This document shows, piece after piece, positions 15,770 to 26,671 of a DNA stretch of 64,000 bases. The stretch lies in the NCBI RefSeq assembly GCF_048403405.1, contig NZ_CP183129.1; one strand, given 5' to 3'. The DNA comes from Escherichia coli (lineage in GTDB: Bacteria > Pseudomonadota > Gammaproteobacteria > Enterobacterales > Enterobacteriaceae). Below the pieces are notes generated by a model, which searched no databases, had not been told where the DNA came from, and saw only the letters and a program-made list of their open reading frames with translations. The stretch's first letter is position 1. The number at the start of each line of letters is the position of its first letter. The translations under genes and the position numbers were made by a program.

Positions 15770-17470
15770 TTATTCAATCTCTTCACAGACATCCTGAGTT
15801 AATCGCCGCATAATATCTTTCCTTAACAAAAACTTTTGTATTTTACCTGAGACAGTGCGCGGTAGTTTTTCGATTACCACGATATGTTCAGGATATTTAT
15901 ATTTCGCGATCCGTTTACGGCTAAAAAAAGCCACCACCTCTTCCAGCGATAATGAATGATGCGGCGCTTTAAGCACGACATAAGCGCATGAGCGTTCACC
16001 TAAACGTTCATCGGGCATCGCAACCACACAGGCATCGTGAATTTTAGGATGCTGCAATAAAATATCTTCTACTTCACGGCTGCTAATATTTTCGCCGCCG
16101 CGGACAATAATATCTTTCTTGCGCCCGGTTATTTTTATATAGCCAGCCTCATCCATGCGGCAGAGATCGCCGCTGTAATACCAGCCTTCTTCATCCAGCG
16201 CACGGGCGGTTAATTCAGGTTCATCAAAATACCCCATAAACACATTGGGGCCACGCGAGGCTTCTTCACCTTCGCAACCTGGCGGTAAGGTCTTGCGTGC
16301 GTCATCGACCACTTTAATCTCAACTCCTGCGACAGCGTAACCATCGGTATGCATAAAGCGCGACAAAGGATCATCGAGATTCACCACTGCGTGCGGCGAA
16401 CTTTCTGTGGAACCATAAACACTTAATAATTTAATGCCGCGCTGCTGGCATTCACGCGCCACTTTTTTGGGGATTGTGGTACCGCCGCAAAGAAAGAAAC
16501 GCAGCGCTGAAAGGTCAGCGGGCTGTTTCTCCAGTAAATTCAAAAGATCATAGACAAACGGCGTTGCGCCGAGCATACAGGTGCAACGCTGCTGCTCAAG
16601 CAGCGCGAGACACGCAGCAGGAGTGAAAATATCTAACAACACGCTGCGAGCACCAATTAAAAATGGTGCCGTTACGCCATGCAGAAAGCCCGTTGCATGA
16701 CCAAGTGGCGCAGGCATCATAAAGACATCCTGCCAGGTCAGATTCAACCGCGCGCAATAAGCCCGCTCACTGGCGAGAATATTGTTATGCGTTAGCATCA
16801 CGCCCTTTGGCAGACCCTCGGTTCCGGAGGTAAACAGCACCGCGGCTAATTCATCGCCGTGGACCGTTATCGCCGTGGTCAGAGGAGTATTGTCGGCGAT
16901 AATCTGACTTAATGAGAGAGCAGAGGTGGCGGGAGCCAGTTTGTCCACGCCGACAATTTGTTGTAGTTGTGGAAGCTGATTTTGCAGCGGCAAGATTAAA
17001 TCTACCGGACGCGTTTGTTTAAACAACGTCGGTGCAAAGAACATTTTTGCCTGACACTTATTGAGCACCCACACCAGTTCTGCTTCTCGCCAGGAAGGCA
17101 ACAGCGGCACGGAAACCGCACCGATTTTCAGGCAGGCAAGATAGATAACGGTAAATTCACACCAGCCAGGCAGTTGAAATGCGATGCGATCGCCTGATTC
17201 AATACCCTTCGCTAACATCCAGTTTGCCAGACAGCTCGCGGCGTGATCGAGCGCGCTATAGGTGTACGATGCACCATGATTATCGACCACGGCAATTTTG
17301 TCTGGCATCGCACGAGCGGTCTGCTGCCAGTAATCGGCCAGCGAAGCATCGCCCCATAGCCCTTGCTGACGATACGCCGCACGACGTTGTTCGTTAAACG
17401 TTAATGTCACTTTCATTTTGGACTCTCGAAACAGAGCATCAGGCCCGAGATGCGGGCCTGTGGGATGCAT
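15770..17470 (-). CDS. fadK: Short-chain acyl-CoA synthetase (anaerobic)
   Basis: 566 aa AMP-binding-family ORF (TSGTEGLPKGV); an alternative start at 17416 (MKVTLTFNEQ) has an upstream GAGAG. Confidence 0.88.
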   Translation of the reverse strand: MHPTGPHLGPDALFRESKMKVTLTFNEQRRAAYRQQGLWGDASLADYWQQTARAMPDKIAVVDNHGASYTYSALDHAASCLANWMLAKGIESGDRIAFQLPGWCEFTVIYLACLKIGAVSVPLLPSWREAELVWVLNKCQAKMFFAPTLFKQTRPVDLILPLQNQLPQLQQIVGVDKLAPATSALSLSQIIADNTPLTTAITVHGDELAAVLFTSGTEGLPKGVMLTHNNILASERAYCARLNLTWQDVFMMPAPLGHATGFLHGVTAPFLIGARSVLLDIFTPAACLALLEQQRCTCMLGATPFVYDLLNLLEKQPADLSALRFFLCGGTTIPKKVARECQQRGIKLLSVYGSTESSPHAVVNLDDPLSRFMHTDGYAVAGVEIKVVDDARKTLPPGCEGEEASRGPNVFMGYFDEPELTARALDEEGWYYSGDLCRMDEAGYIKITGRKKDIIVRGGENISSREVEDILLQHPKIHDACVVAMPDERLGERSCAYVVLKAPHHSLSLEEVVAFFSRKRIAKYKYPEHIVVIEKLPRTVSGKIQKFLLRKDIMRRLTQDVCEEIE

Positions 17471-17472
17471 GA

Positions 17473-17766
17473 TTAGCCGTAGCGAAAATCAATACCGAAG
17501 GTGCCTGCGGGATATTGCCACTGTTCGAGAATAGTGTTACCGCACAGCACCCGACAGGTGCCGCACTCCAGACAACCGGCAGAATCAAAATGAATGTTGC
17601 CGGCATCATCCTGCTTATAAAGTCCGGCAGGGCAGGCTTTCATTAATTTACGGAATTCATTGATATCGGGATTTGCCGCCAAAATGATATGCGGGTGGCC
17701 CTCATCAACATGGAATTTATTGACGCCTAATTTGATGTCGACGTTAACCGTAGCGTTCTGGCTCAT
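17473..17766 (-). CDS. ydiT: FixX-like ferredoxin
   Basis: 97 aa with Cys cluster CPAGLY...CLECGTCRVLC; its start overlaps the ydiS stop (ATGA). Confidence 0.9.
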   Translation of the reverse strand: MSQNATVNVDIKLGVNKFHVDEGHPHIILAANPDINEFRKLMKACPAGLYKQDDAGNIHFDSAGCLECGTCRVLCGNTILEQWQYPAGTFGIDFRYG

Positions 17767-19052
17767 AGCGCGGTTGCTCCCTTAATGCCATCTTTCAGCA
17801 AGTTGATCAGCCCAATTTTCTTCGCGTGTCCCATGATCATTTTGCGTACCGGCTGGTTTGGTTTGCCGTCAATGGTGAACATCTCGTTCATGATGTCGGC
17901 TACCATTCGTGGGTATTGGCTAAACAGGCGCGGGTTTTCCATCAGCGCCGGGATCTTGCGAAAATGCTGCATATCACGCATGACGCAGCTTTGTTCCAGC
18001 TCACGTTTGTATTGCGCAAGACTGCTGGCGGAGAAATCCGCGCGTTCTTTGGCGGCGATCACCGTTGTGGCGGCAGCCTGAGCCGATGCAATGGCTAAAT
18101 CCATGCCGCGGACCGTAAAACCCAAATTCAGGCAGAAGCCTGCGGCGTCACCGACGATCATCACGCCATCGTTAACCAGCTGCGGCACCATTGCCAGACC
18201 GCCCTCCGGCACCATATGCGCGGAGTATTCAAGCAGTTTGCCGCCGCTAATCAGCGGGCGAATGGCGGGGTGTTGTTTAAAATCTTCCAGCATTTGCGGC
18301 ACACTTTTTTGCGCATGGGCGATATCACCCAATCCACAAACCAGCCCCAACGATACGGAATCCTTGTTGGTATAGAGGAATCCGCCACCCATCAGGCCGT
18401 CAGAAGGGGAACCGGCAAACAGCCAGGCGGCACCTTCCTCGCCCGTAATATTAAAGCGATCGTTGATCTGTTCTGGTGTGAGGCCAATAACCTCTTTAAC
18501 ACCAACAGCGTAATGATGCGGATCGGAAGCGGGAACCATTCCCAGCGAGCGGCCAAGCATCGAGTTAACGCCATCAGCCAGAATCACCACATTCGCTTCA
18601 AGAACATCATCCCCGGCCTGAACGCCAGTGACCTTGTTTCCTTCACGAACCAGCGCATCGACACGAACGCCCGGGATAAACTGCGCGCCAGCCTGCTCGG
18701 CTTGTTCCATCAACCACGGGTCCAGACGATTACGCAATACGGTATAAGACGCGTGTTGCGGAACATCTGGTTGCTCGCGGTGAAAGTCGAGGGTAACGGC
18801 GCTTTCTTCGGTTAAGAAGGAGATTTTCTCGCGAGTGACCTTGCGTTCTACCGGCGCTGATGCTGCAAAGCCTGGAATAATCGCTTCAAGTGTGTGGGCA
18901 TAAAGACGCCCGCCGGTCATGTTTTTACATCCGGCACTGTCGCCGCGTTCTATCACCAGGACATCCAGCCCGGCTCGCGCCATGACCAGTGCGGCAACGC
19001 TACCGGCAACGCCCGCACCGACCACAATGGCATCAAATTTGTCATCCGACAT
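17763..19052 (-). CDS. ydiS: FixC-like ETF:quinone oxidoreductase flavoprotein
   Basis: 429 aa with N-terminal FAD-binding GxGxxG (MSDDKFDAIVVGAGVAGSVAA). Confidence 0.9.
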   Translation of the reverse strand: MSDDKFDAIVVGAGVAGSVAALVMARAGLDVLVIERGDSAGCKNMTGGRLYAHTLEAIIPGFAASAPVERKVTREKISFLTEESAVTLDFHREQPDVPQHASYTVLRNRLDPWLMEQAEQAGAQFIPGVRVDALVREGNKVTGVQAGDDVLEANVVILADGVNSMLGRSLGMVPASDPHHYAVGVKEVIGLTPEQINDRFNITGEEGAAWLFAGSPSDGLMGGGFLYTNKDSVSLGLVCGLGDIAHAQKSVPQMLEDFKQHPAIRPLISGGKLLEYSAHMVPEGGLAMVPQLVNDGVMIVGDAAGFCLNLGFTVRGMDLAIASAQAAATTVIAAKERADFSASSLAQYKRELEQSCVMRDMQHFRKIPALMENPRLFSQYPRMVADIMNEMFTIDGKPNQPVRKMIMGHAKKIGLINLLKDGIKGATAL

Positions 19053-19107
19053 GCGTTATGCTCCCTTCCCGCTGCGTTTACAGCGGGAGATGTGGTTGAA
19101 AGGGGAA

Positions 19108-20046
19108 TTAGCGGCTCAACTGGCTAATCAGGGCAGGGACGACTTTGTAGATATCGCCCACCAGACCGTAGTCGGCATAGTTGAAGATTGGCGCATTTTT
19201 ATCTTTATTGATGGCGACAATCACTTTTGCGCCGTTGCCGCCAACCATATGCTGGATCTGCCCGGAAATCCCCAGCGTCAGGTAGAGATCGGATTTCAGC
19301 AACACGCCGGAGACACCGATATAACGTTCACGCTCCATCCAGTTCTCGCCTTCGGCAATTGGACGTGAACAGCCGACTTCAGCATTCAGCACCGCCGCCA
19401 GTTCGTGGACCATTTTCAGGTCATCCTGCGCCGCCAGACCACGACCGACGCCAACCACACGTTTTGCTTTGCTCAGGTCCACGCTGCTTGCGGCTTTCGC
19501 ACGGCGTTCGCGACAGAGAATTTCATGACGCGGAGCAACATAAGGTACCGTTTCTGTCGGGCACTGATGAGCGGTATCACTGGTGCACGGTTCCTGAACA
19601 CCGGGTGCAAGGGTAATGATCGCCAGCGGGCTGTTGATCTTTTCCTGTGCGAACGCTAACCCGCCATACATCCGGTGTTCGGCGCAAATGTGACCATCGA
19701 CAATATCCACCGCAGTGGCATCGTTCACCAGCGCCGCATTCAGTTGCACACTTAACCGTGCTGCCAGAGCTTTACCACGTTTCGTCGCGGCCAGCAGCAA
19801 CATAGAAGGGTGTTTATCTTTCAGCAGGGCAGCAATGCTTTCGGCGTAATTTTCAGTACGTTGCAGCGCATCATTTTGCTCAAGAACATAAATACATTTT
19901 GGACCATAAGGCATAACTGCCTGCGCCTGGTCGGTATTTTGTACAATGGCATACACCTGTTGGCCCCATTGCTGCGCGCCGCCAAACAGTTCAGCATAAC
20001 GTTCAGGATTATCGCTAAAGACCCAGACGCTGTTTAATTGACTCAT
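19108..20046 (-). CDS. ydiR: Electron transfer flavoprotein alpha subunit (FixB-like)
   Basis: 312 aa, ETF-alpha family; downstream of ydiQ in the same operon. Confidence 0.9.
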   Translation of the reverse strand: MSQLNSVWVFSDNPERYAELFGGAQQWGQQVYAIVQNTDQAQAVMPYGPKCIYVLEQNDALQRTENYAESIAALLKDKHPSMLLLAATKRGKALAARLSVQLNAALVNDATAVDIVDGHICAEHRMYGGLAFAQEKINSPLAIITLAPGVQEPCTSDTAHQCPTETVPYVAPRHEILCRERRAKAASSVDLSKAKRVVGVGRGLAAQDDLKMVHELAAVLNAEVGCSRPIAEGENWMERERYIGVSGVLLKSDLYLTLGISGQIQHMVGGNGAKVIVAINKDKNAPIFNYADYGLVGDIYKVVPALISQLSR

Positions 20047-20065
20047 CGTTTCTTCTCCGTAGGCT

Positions 20066-20830
20066 TCAGTTCAGGGCTTTCTTCAGATGTTCCGCCAGCT
20101 CGGCAATGGCCTCCGGCGAATCGTTATCGAGAATGATGTGCTTACGTTCTGTTTGCGGCGGTACGCGAATGCCGGTCAGTTCAGCAAGCGGCGCGCTCTG
20201 GCTCCAGCCAATGTCACTTGCCTGCCACTGATTTACCGGTTTTTTACCCGCGCCGAGAATGGCTTTCATCGAAGGAATGCGTGGCATGTTAATATCGGAG
20301 GTGACGCAGAGCACGGCTGGAACAGAGAGCTCAATAACTTCAACATCATCTTCAAGCGTGCGTTCAATCACCAGTGTATTGCCCTGACGCTGAATAGCAC
20401 TCACTGCATTAATCACCGGAAGTTGCAGAATTTCTCCGACCAGCAAGCCAACCTGCTGGGCATAAAGGTCGCCGGAACCTTCACCAAAGATCAGTAAATC
20501 GAAGCCGATTTTTTCAACTGCTGCCGCCAGCGCCTTTGCGGTATCGAGAGGCAGTGCATGTTCAAGTTGCGCATCCTGCACCAAATACAGGCTATGCGGC
20601 CCGCGGGATAGCACGTCTTTACGCACTTTCGAGTTCTGCAACAATGAGCCGCCAATGGTCAGCGCGGCTATCTCATCGTCATCTGTTGCAATCTGGCTTG
20701 CAGCTTCAATGGCATTGAGATCGAACTGGCTGATTTTGGCGTCGGCATTGTCGAAATTCAGGGTATATTCTGGAGTGACAACAATGTCCTGTTCTTCAGG
20801 CACCAGCTTAAAGCAGGTTATTATTTTCAT
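20066..20830 (-). CDS. ydiQ: Electron transfer flavoprotein beta subunit (FixA-like)
   Basis: 254 aa from the internal ATG (MKIITCFKLVPEEQD) with AGGAGA 7 nt upstream; the 287-aa track ORF is an N-terminal over-extension. Confidence 0.9.
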   Translation of the reverse strand: MKIITCFKLVPEEQDIVVTPEYTLNFDNADAKISQFDLNAIEAASQIATDDDEIAALTIGGSLLQNSKVRKDVLSRGPHSLYLVQDAQLEHALPLDTAKALAAAVEKIGFDLLIFGEGSGDLYAQQVGLLVGEILQLPVINAVSAIQRQGNTLVIERTLEDDVEVIELSVPAVLCVTSDINMPRIPSMKAILGAGKKPVNQWQASDIGWSQSAPLAELTGIRVPPQTERKHIILDNDSPEAIAELAEHLKKALN

Positions 20831-21145
20831 GATTTCTCCTGTGAGTCGCATACGGAACCATCTCCGATGGAAGGTAAAAATGGCCTGAAAATAGTGTGCG
20901 ATAGCAGGGCGGGGTTTTCGACGGAGCAAGCTGTTTTCCTTGCCAACAATCTTGCAAAAAAAATGCGATCGCTAAAACAAAAGTGCAATTTGCGGCAATA
21001 TAGTTATTCCATGACCGTACAATCTTGCATTCAGTGTAAATAATCTTGTTTAGCTCTCGCTAAACGCGGTTGTATAACCGCAATACACGCCGTATTTTAT
21101 CCGGCATATATTGTTTTTGCTTGCTCATGGAATAGGGAGGTTGTC

Positions 21146-22057
21146 ATGTATCAACGCTGTTTTGATAACGCCAGCGAAACGCTGTTTGTTGCCGGTAAAA
21201 CGCCACGGCTTTCACGTTTTGCATTTAGCGATGATCCAAAATGGGAGTCCGGACATCACGTTCATGACAATGAAACCGAGTTGATTTACGTCAAGAAAGG
21301 GGTAGCAAGGTTTACCATCGATTCTTCGTTATATGTCGCGCACGCCGATGACATTGTGGTGATAGAACGTGGCAGGCTGCATGCGGTGGCCTCTGACGTT
21401 AACGATCCGGCAACGACGTGTACCTGTGCGCTGTACGGCTTTCAGTTTCAGGGGGCTGAGGAAAATCAGCTACTGCAACCGCATTCTTGCCCGGTAATTG
21501 CCGCAGGGCCGGGAAAAGAAGTCATTAAAACCTTATTTAATGAGCTAAGTGTGATTTTGCCGCAAAGTAAAAATAGCCAAACATCTTCGTTATGGGACGC
21601 CTTTGCCTATACGTTAGCAATTCTTTACTATGAAAACTTTAAAAATGCTTATCGTTCGGAGCAGGGATATATTAAAAAAGATGTTCTGATAAAAGATATT
21701 CTTTTCTATCTGAATAATAACTATCGCGAAAAAATCACTTTAGAGCAGTTATCGAAAAAGTTTCGTGCCAGCGTCAGTTATATTTGCCATGAATTTACCA
21801 AAGAGTATCGTATTTCCCCTATTAACTATGTTATTCAACGGCGTATGACGGAAGCGAAATGGTCACTCACTAATACTGAATTATCACAGGCAGAGATCTC
21901 CTGGCGTGTGGGTTATGAAAATGTCGATCACTTTGCCAAACTGTTTTTGCGCCATGTCGGCTGTTCGCCCAGCGATTACCGCAGGCAATTTAAAAACTGT
22001 TTTGCGGAACAAGAAATCTTATCTGAATTTCCTCAACCGGTAAGTCTTGCCGGATAA
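21146..22057 (+). CDS. ydiP: AraC-family transcriptional regulator
   Basis: 303 aa; C-terminal AraC-type HTH region; divergent from ydiQ. Confidence 0.88.
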   Translation: MYQRCFDNASETLFVAGKTPRLSRFAFSDDPKWESGHHVHDNETELIYVKKGVARFTIDSSLYVAHADDIVVIERGRLHAVASDVNDPATTCTCALYGFQFQGAEENQLLQPHSCPVIAAGPGKEVIKTLFNELSVILPQSKNSQTSSLWDAFAYTLAILYYENFKNAYRSEQGYIKKDVLIKDILFYLNNNYREKITLEQLSKKFRASVSYICHEFTKEYRISPINYVIQRRMTEAKWSLTNTELSQAEISWRVGYENVDHFAKLFLRHVGCSPSDYRRQFKNCFAEQEILSEFPQPVSLAG

Positions 22058-22099
22058 ATCTGGCGGCGCAGTTTGTTAAGAAGCTGCGCCGCCTGCAGA

Positions 22100-23251
22100 T
22101 TATTTGTTCTGATAATCTTTCAGGATCTGCCGACCCGCTACGTAAATCATAATTTCGTCTGTACCGCCGCCGATACGTTCACAACGGACATCACGCCAGA
22201 AGCGAGAGACGCGCGCCTCATCGGTATAGCCCAGACCGCCCATGATTTGAATCGCATCATCAATAACTTCCATTGCGGTACGTGCGCAGTACAGTTTTGC
22301 CAGCGCCGCGCTGGTGCGCAGTGACTGATGCTGATCGGCTTGCCATGCCACTTTCAACACCATGTTGCGCATGTTGTCGATCTTAATCGCCATCAGCGCC
22401 AGTTTTTCCTGGATCATCTGGTTATGACCAATGGGCTTACCAAAAGCGATACGTTGGTTGGCATAGCGGGCGGCATCTTCAAAGGCACACTCGGCAAAGC
22501 CGGTGCTGCGCGCGGCGTTGATCAGGCGCTCCATCTCAAAGTTGTACATCACATTGAGGAAACCCATTCCTTCTTCGCCCACCATGTCGCTCTCTTCAAC
22601 TTCCACGTTGTCGAGATAGACTTCGCAGGTGCTGAGCATATGCCAGCCGATTTTATGCAGCGGGTTAATCTTAATGCCGGGCTTACTGGAGTCGACCCAC
22701 CACAGGGTGAAGGCTTTTTTGGGATCTTTCGGTTCTGGATCGCGCGCCAGCACCAGCATATACGGGTACTCTTTCGCGCCGGTAATAAAGGTTTTCTGGC
22801 CGTTGATGTAAACCTTGCCGTTTTTACGCGTGTAAGTGGTGGTGGCGCTGTTGTTATCTGAGCCTGCGCCTGGTTCCGTCAATGCCAGGGCATAGGCGGG
22901 ATCACCCGTTTCCAGGGTGCTCTCTGCCGTTTTACGTAGCTGCTCTGCAGAACCGAAACGGCGCATACTGTGAATACATTGACCGTTGGTGATCAAAAAT
23001 GCCGGGGCACCGCATTTTGACACTTCCATCAGCGCCAGCATTTGGGTGACGTAATCCGCAGGGATACCACCAAATTCTTCCGGCACGCCAAGCATGGAAA
23101 TACCGTTATCCGCCAGTGCCCGCATAAATTCACGCGGGTATGTCCCGTTTTGATCGCAGGTGCGGAAATACTCTTCCGGAAAGTTAGTCGTAATCAGTTC
23201 GCGAATACTGGCCAGCAGCAGTTCTTGTTCTTCAGTTAAAGAAAAATCCAT
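22100..23251 (-). CDS. ydiO: Acyl-CoA dehydrogenase family protein
   Basis: 383 aa from the internal ATG (MDFSLTEEQELL) with AGGAG upstream; acyl-CoA dehydrogenase family. Confidence 0.9.
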   Translation of the reverse strand: MDFSLTEEQELLLASIRELITTNFPEEYFRTCDQNGTYPREFMRALADNGISMLGVPEEFGGIPADYVTQMLALMEVSKCGAPAFLITNGQCIHSMRRFGSAEQLRKTAESTLETGDPAYALALTEPGAGSDNNSATTTYTRKNGKVYINGQKTFITGAKEYPYMLVLARDPEPKDPKKAFTLWWVDSSKPGIKINPLHKIGWHMLSTCEVYLDNVEVEESDMVGEEGMGFLNVMYNFEMERLINAARSTGFAECAFEDAARYANQRIAFGKPIGHNQMIQEKLALMAIKIDNMRNMVLKVAWQADQHQSLRTSAALAKLYCARTAMEVIDDAIQIMGGLGYTDEARVSRFWRDVRCERIGGGTDEIMIYVAGRQILKDYQNK

Positions 23252-23264
23252 CGTGATACTCCTG

Positions 23265-24860
23265 TTAATGAGCCGCTTCAGGCAGGACAAAACCCATCGC
23301 CGCATCGATAAATAATCTTTCGTCCATCAGTTTGAGTTCTGGCGAAATCGCTGGGGTGAAATCCATTTTGTCGAGAATATCTTTTTGTAAATCGACGCCA
23401 GGGGCGATTTCGATTAAATGCAGGCCGTCTTCTTTCAGCGTGAATACTGCGCGCTCAGTGATATAACGAACATCCAGCCCTCGCTCGAGAGCGATTTTTC
23501 CGCTGAAAGTAATTTCCGGTAGTTCCCGAATAAATTTCTTCACCCATCCTTCCTGGACGATATTTAATTTGCCGTCGGTAATTTCTGTTTTTAAACTGCC
23601 CGCAGTTAATGTGCCGCAGAAAACGATTTTCTTCGAAGTGGCACTGATATCAATAAATCCACCGGTGCCCATGATTTTACCATTGAATTTATGCACGCCG
23701 ACGTTACCGTGCTGGTCGACTTCAGCAAAACTCAAATAACAAACATCCAGACCGCCACCGTGATAAAAATCAAACTGGGACGTCATATCCAGAATGGCAC
23801 GGGTATTCACGTTCGCGCCAAAGGCGATCCCCTGTGAAGTAATTCCGCCAATCGGACCTGTTTCTACCGTCAGAATAAAGTCATCAGCACAACCTTCTTC
23901 TCGGGCGACCAGGCCAATGCCGTCAGCAATACCGACGCCGACATTCCCCACCGCGCCTTTACGCATTTCGAATAATGCGCGCCGTGCAACTAATTTACGT
24001 TGGTTTAGGGGCAGGCTAAGTTTGGTGCTGTCATCAAGGGTGAAGTCACCAGAAATAAAGCGGTTAACCGGCGCACCGCCATACAGTTGGGTTTGATCCG
24101 GATCGACCACCACAATATCCACCAGATAACCCGGAATACGGACAGATTTAGGATGCAGCGTGGCTTTCTTAACCATTTTCTGCACCTGCATCATCACAAT
24201 ACCGCCGTTATTGTGCACCGCCTGGGCAATAACCAATGCGTCGAGATACATCACCTCATCTTCAAAAGTGGCGTAGCCTTCGCTGTCGCAGGTGGTAGCG
24301 CGAATGAAGGCGATATCTGGCGCAATCGCTTTGTAATAGAGATATTCTTGGTTATCAAACTCGACCAGTTTAATCAGGTCTTCTTTAGTGACTTCATTCA
24401 GTTTGCCGCCTTGCTGGCGTGGATCAACAAATGTCCCGATGCCAATATCACTAATAATACCAGGCTGGTGGGCTGCGGCGGCGCGTAAGGTTTGTGTAAG
24501 TACACCTTGTGGATAGTTATAAGCAATAATTTTATTTTGTTCTGCGAGATCAGAAATACGCGGCGATTGTCCCCAGTGACCGCATAATGCCCATTTCACC
24601 AGACCTTCTTGTGCCAGCGGACTAATACCACGGTCGGCGCGATCGCCAAGCCCTGTTGGACTAATAATCGATAAATTACGTGGTGTTTGAGTCTGTTTAT
24701 ATTTATCAGCAAGAGCAGTAATTAACGTGGTGGCTTCCAGAATACCGCCGCCAGCGCCTAACACACAAAGTGTTGCTTCGTCGGGAATATAATTCACCGC
24801 TTCCTGTGCCGACAGGACCGGCACTCGTCCATTAATACGAGGTGGTTTTACAGGTTTCAT
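23265..24860 (-). CDS. ydiF: Acyl-CoA:acetate CoA-transferase (fused alpha/beta subunits)
   Basis: 531 aa, MKPVKPPRINGRVPVLSAQEAVNYIPDEATLCVLGAGGG. Confidence 0.9.
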   Translation of the reverse strand: MKPVKPPRINGRVPVLSAQEAVNYIPDEATLCVLGAGGGILEATTLITALADKYKQTQTPRNLSIISPTGLGDRADRGISPLAQEGLVKWALCGHWGQSPRISDLAEQNKIIAYNYPQGVLTQTLRAAAAHQPGIISDIGIGTFVDPRQQGGKLNEVTKEDLIKLVEFDNQEYLYYKAIAPDIAFIRATTCDSEGYATFEDEVMYLDALVIAQAVHNNGGIVMMQVQKMVKKATLHPKSVRIPGYLVDIVVVDPDQTQLYGGAPVNRFISGDFTLDDSTKLSLPLNQRKLVARRALFEMRKGAVGNVGVGIADGIGLVAREEGCADDFILTVETGPIGGITSQGIAFGANVNTRAILDMTSQFDFYHGGGLDVCYLSFAEVDQHGNVGVHKFNGKIMGTGGFIDISATSKKIVFCGTLTAGSLKTEITDGKLNIVQEGWVKKFIRELPEITFSGKIALERGLDVRYITERAVFTLKEDGLHLIEIAPGVDLQKDILDKMDFTPAISPELKLMDERLFIDAAMGFVLPEAAH

Positions 24861-25004
24861 TGTTAATTCCTGATTCAGATGTGATTTTCCCTACGCCAGA
24901 TGGAGAATTAGCGCACAGAGACTCACGAAATATTTTTATTAAATACGGTTAAATATATTTTTTTAGTTCGGCGGGGGAGGATGTTCCCGCCGAAATATTA
25001 TTGC

Positions 25005-25763
25005 TTATGCCTGATGTAAAATAGTTAATACTGTGCGCAAATCATTTACCGAGATTTGCCCTGGTGCAGAGGCCTTTTTTACCGCACCAAAAGTTGCCGC
25101 CGAGCCAAATACTTCACCAGCCAGACGAGAAATTACGCCAGTTTTTGCCATTGACATCGTGATGATTGGACGATCGGCATACTGCTCCTGCATCTCCAGG
25201 GTCGCGGCAAGCAACGTCAGCACATCGCTGGTACTTTGCGGCATCAGCGCAATCTTAGGAATATCGGCGTCGAAGGACTGCATTTTGCGCAGACGGGCAA
25301 TGATTTCTTCGGCTTCCGGCGTTTTATGGAAGTCATGGTTGGACATGACAACTTTCACATCATGCGCGTGGGCGTAGGCGACGGTTTCTTTAACCTGATC
25401 ATCGCCGGTAAATAACTCCAGATCGATCATATCAACCAGGCCGCTGTCGATGGCTGCACGATTGAGTGCAATATAAGCCTCGGTGGAAATCGCCTGCTCG
25501 CCGCCTTCTTTGGCACTGCGGAAGGTAAACAGCAGCGGTTTTTCTGGCATGGTTTCACGGAGAATTTTTGCCGCCGCCATGACAGAATCCACATTGGAGA
25601 GGTCGGCATAGTGGTCAACACGCCATTCCAGAATATCAAAGTCCGCTTCACGATAGGCGAGAGCTTCAGATTTCACGCTGGCGATATCTTTCGCCATCAG
25701 CGAGACGATGATTTTAGGTGCGCCCGTACCAATGACGAGATCTTTTACAGTTACGGTTTTCAT
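25005..25763 (-). CDS. aroD: 3-dehydroquinate dehydratase, type I
   Basis: 252 aa, [52 protein letters not shown]. Confidence 0.95.
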   Translation of the reverse strand: MKTVTVKDLVIGTGAPKIIVSLMAKDIASVKSEALAYREADFDILEWRVDHYADLSNVDSVMAAAKILRETMPEKPLLFTFRSAKEGGEQAISTEAYIALNRAAIDSGLVDMIDLELFTGDDQVKETVAYAHAHDVKVVMSNHDFHKTPEAEEIIARLRKMQSFDADIPKIALMPQSTSDVLTLLAATLEMQEQYADRPIITMSMAKTGVISRLAGEVFGSAATFGAVKKASAPGQISVNDLRTVLTILHQA

Positions 25764-25793
25764 TTTTTACCCTTTCTGCACGCGGTCAGCCTG

Positions 25794-26660
25794 TCAGGCA
25801 CCGAACCCCATGACCTGTTTAACATATTCCAGAGGGAAATCTTTGCCAGTCCATAACGTGAACTGTTCAGCCCCTTGCCACAACAACATGCCGTATCCAT
25901 CAATCGTTTTGCAACCAGCTTGTTGCGCCTGCTGCAATAACTTCGTCATATGCGGGTTATACACGCATTCAGTGACCAGAAGTCCCGGATGTAACAGACT
26001 GATATCATTAACCAATGATTCATTCTCAAGGGGTTTCATACCCACTTTTGTGCCATTGGTTAAAATGTCGGCGGAAGCCAGGGCTTCAGCAAAGGCTTGC
26101 TGATCGGCGAGATCGGTAACCGTGACGACACAATCGGTGTTTTCGTTAACCCGCTGCGCGAAGGCGAGGGCTTTATCGAAGAACTCATCCCGACGGTTAA
26201 AGAGTTTAATTTCTTTTAAACCTTCAATTGCCCCCTGCGCGCCAATCGCCGTTGAGGCACCTCCGGCCCCTAACAGCACCATCGTTTTGCCTTTGATATC
26301 AAAACCGCTCTCTTTAATGGCGCGAATATGGCCCGTGCCGTCGGTGTTATAGCCACGCAGATAGCCATCATCATTAACGATGGTGTTGATGGCACCCACC
26401 AGTTTGGCCGCTGGCGTTAATTCATCAACATATTCACACGCCAGTTGTTTGTTCGGCATTGATACACCAGTTCCGCGCATTTTGAGGGCTTTTAATCCTT
26501 CAATTGCTCCGGGAAAACTATCGTTATCCACTTCAAAAGCCATATAGGTAAATGGCAATCCCGCTTTTTCTAAGGCTTTATTCTGCATTTCAGGCGATAA
26601 ACTGTGGCGGATGGGATATGCCATCAGCCCAATCAATTCGTATTTTGCGGTAACATCCAT
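25794..26660 (-). CDS. ydiB: Quinate/shikimate dehydrogenase
   Basis: 288 aa, [35 protein letters not shown]; AroE paralogue family. Confidence 0.93.
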
Positions 26661-26671
26661 AATTAACTCCT

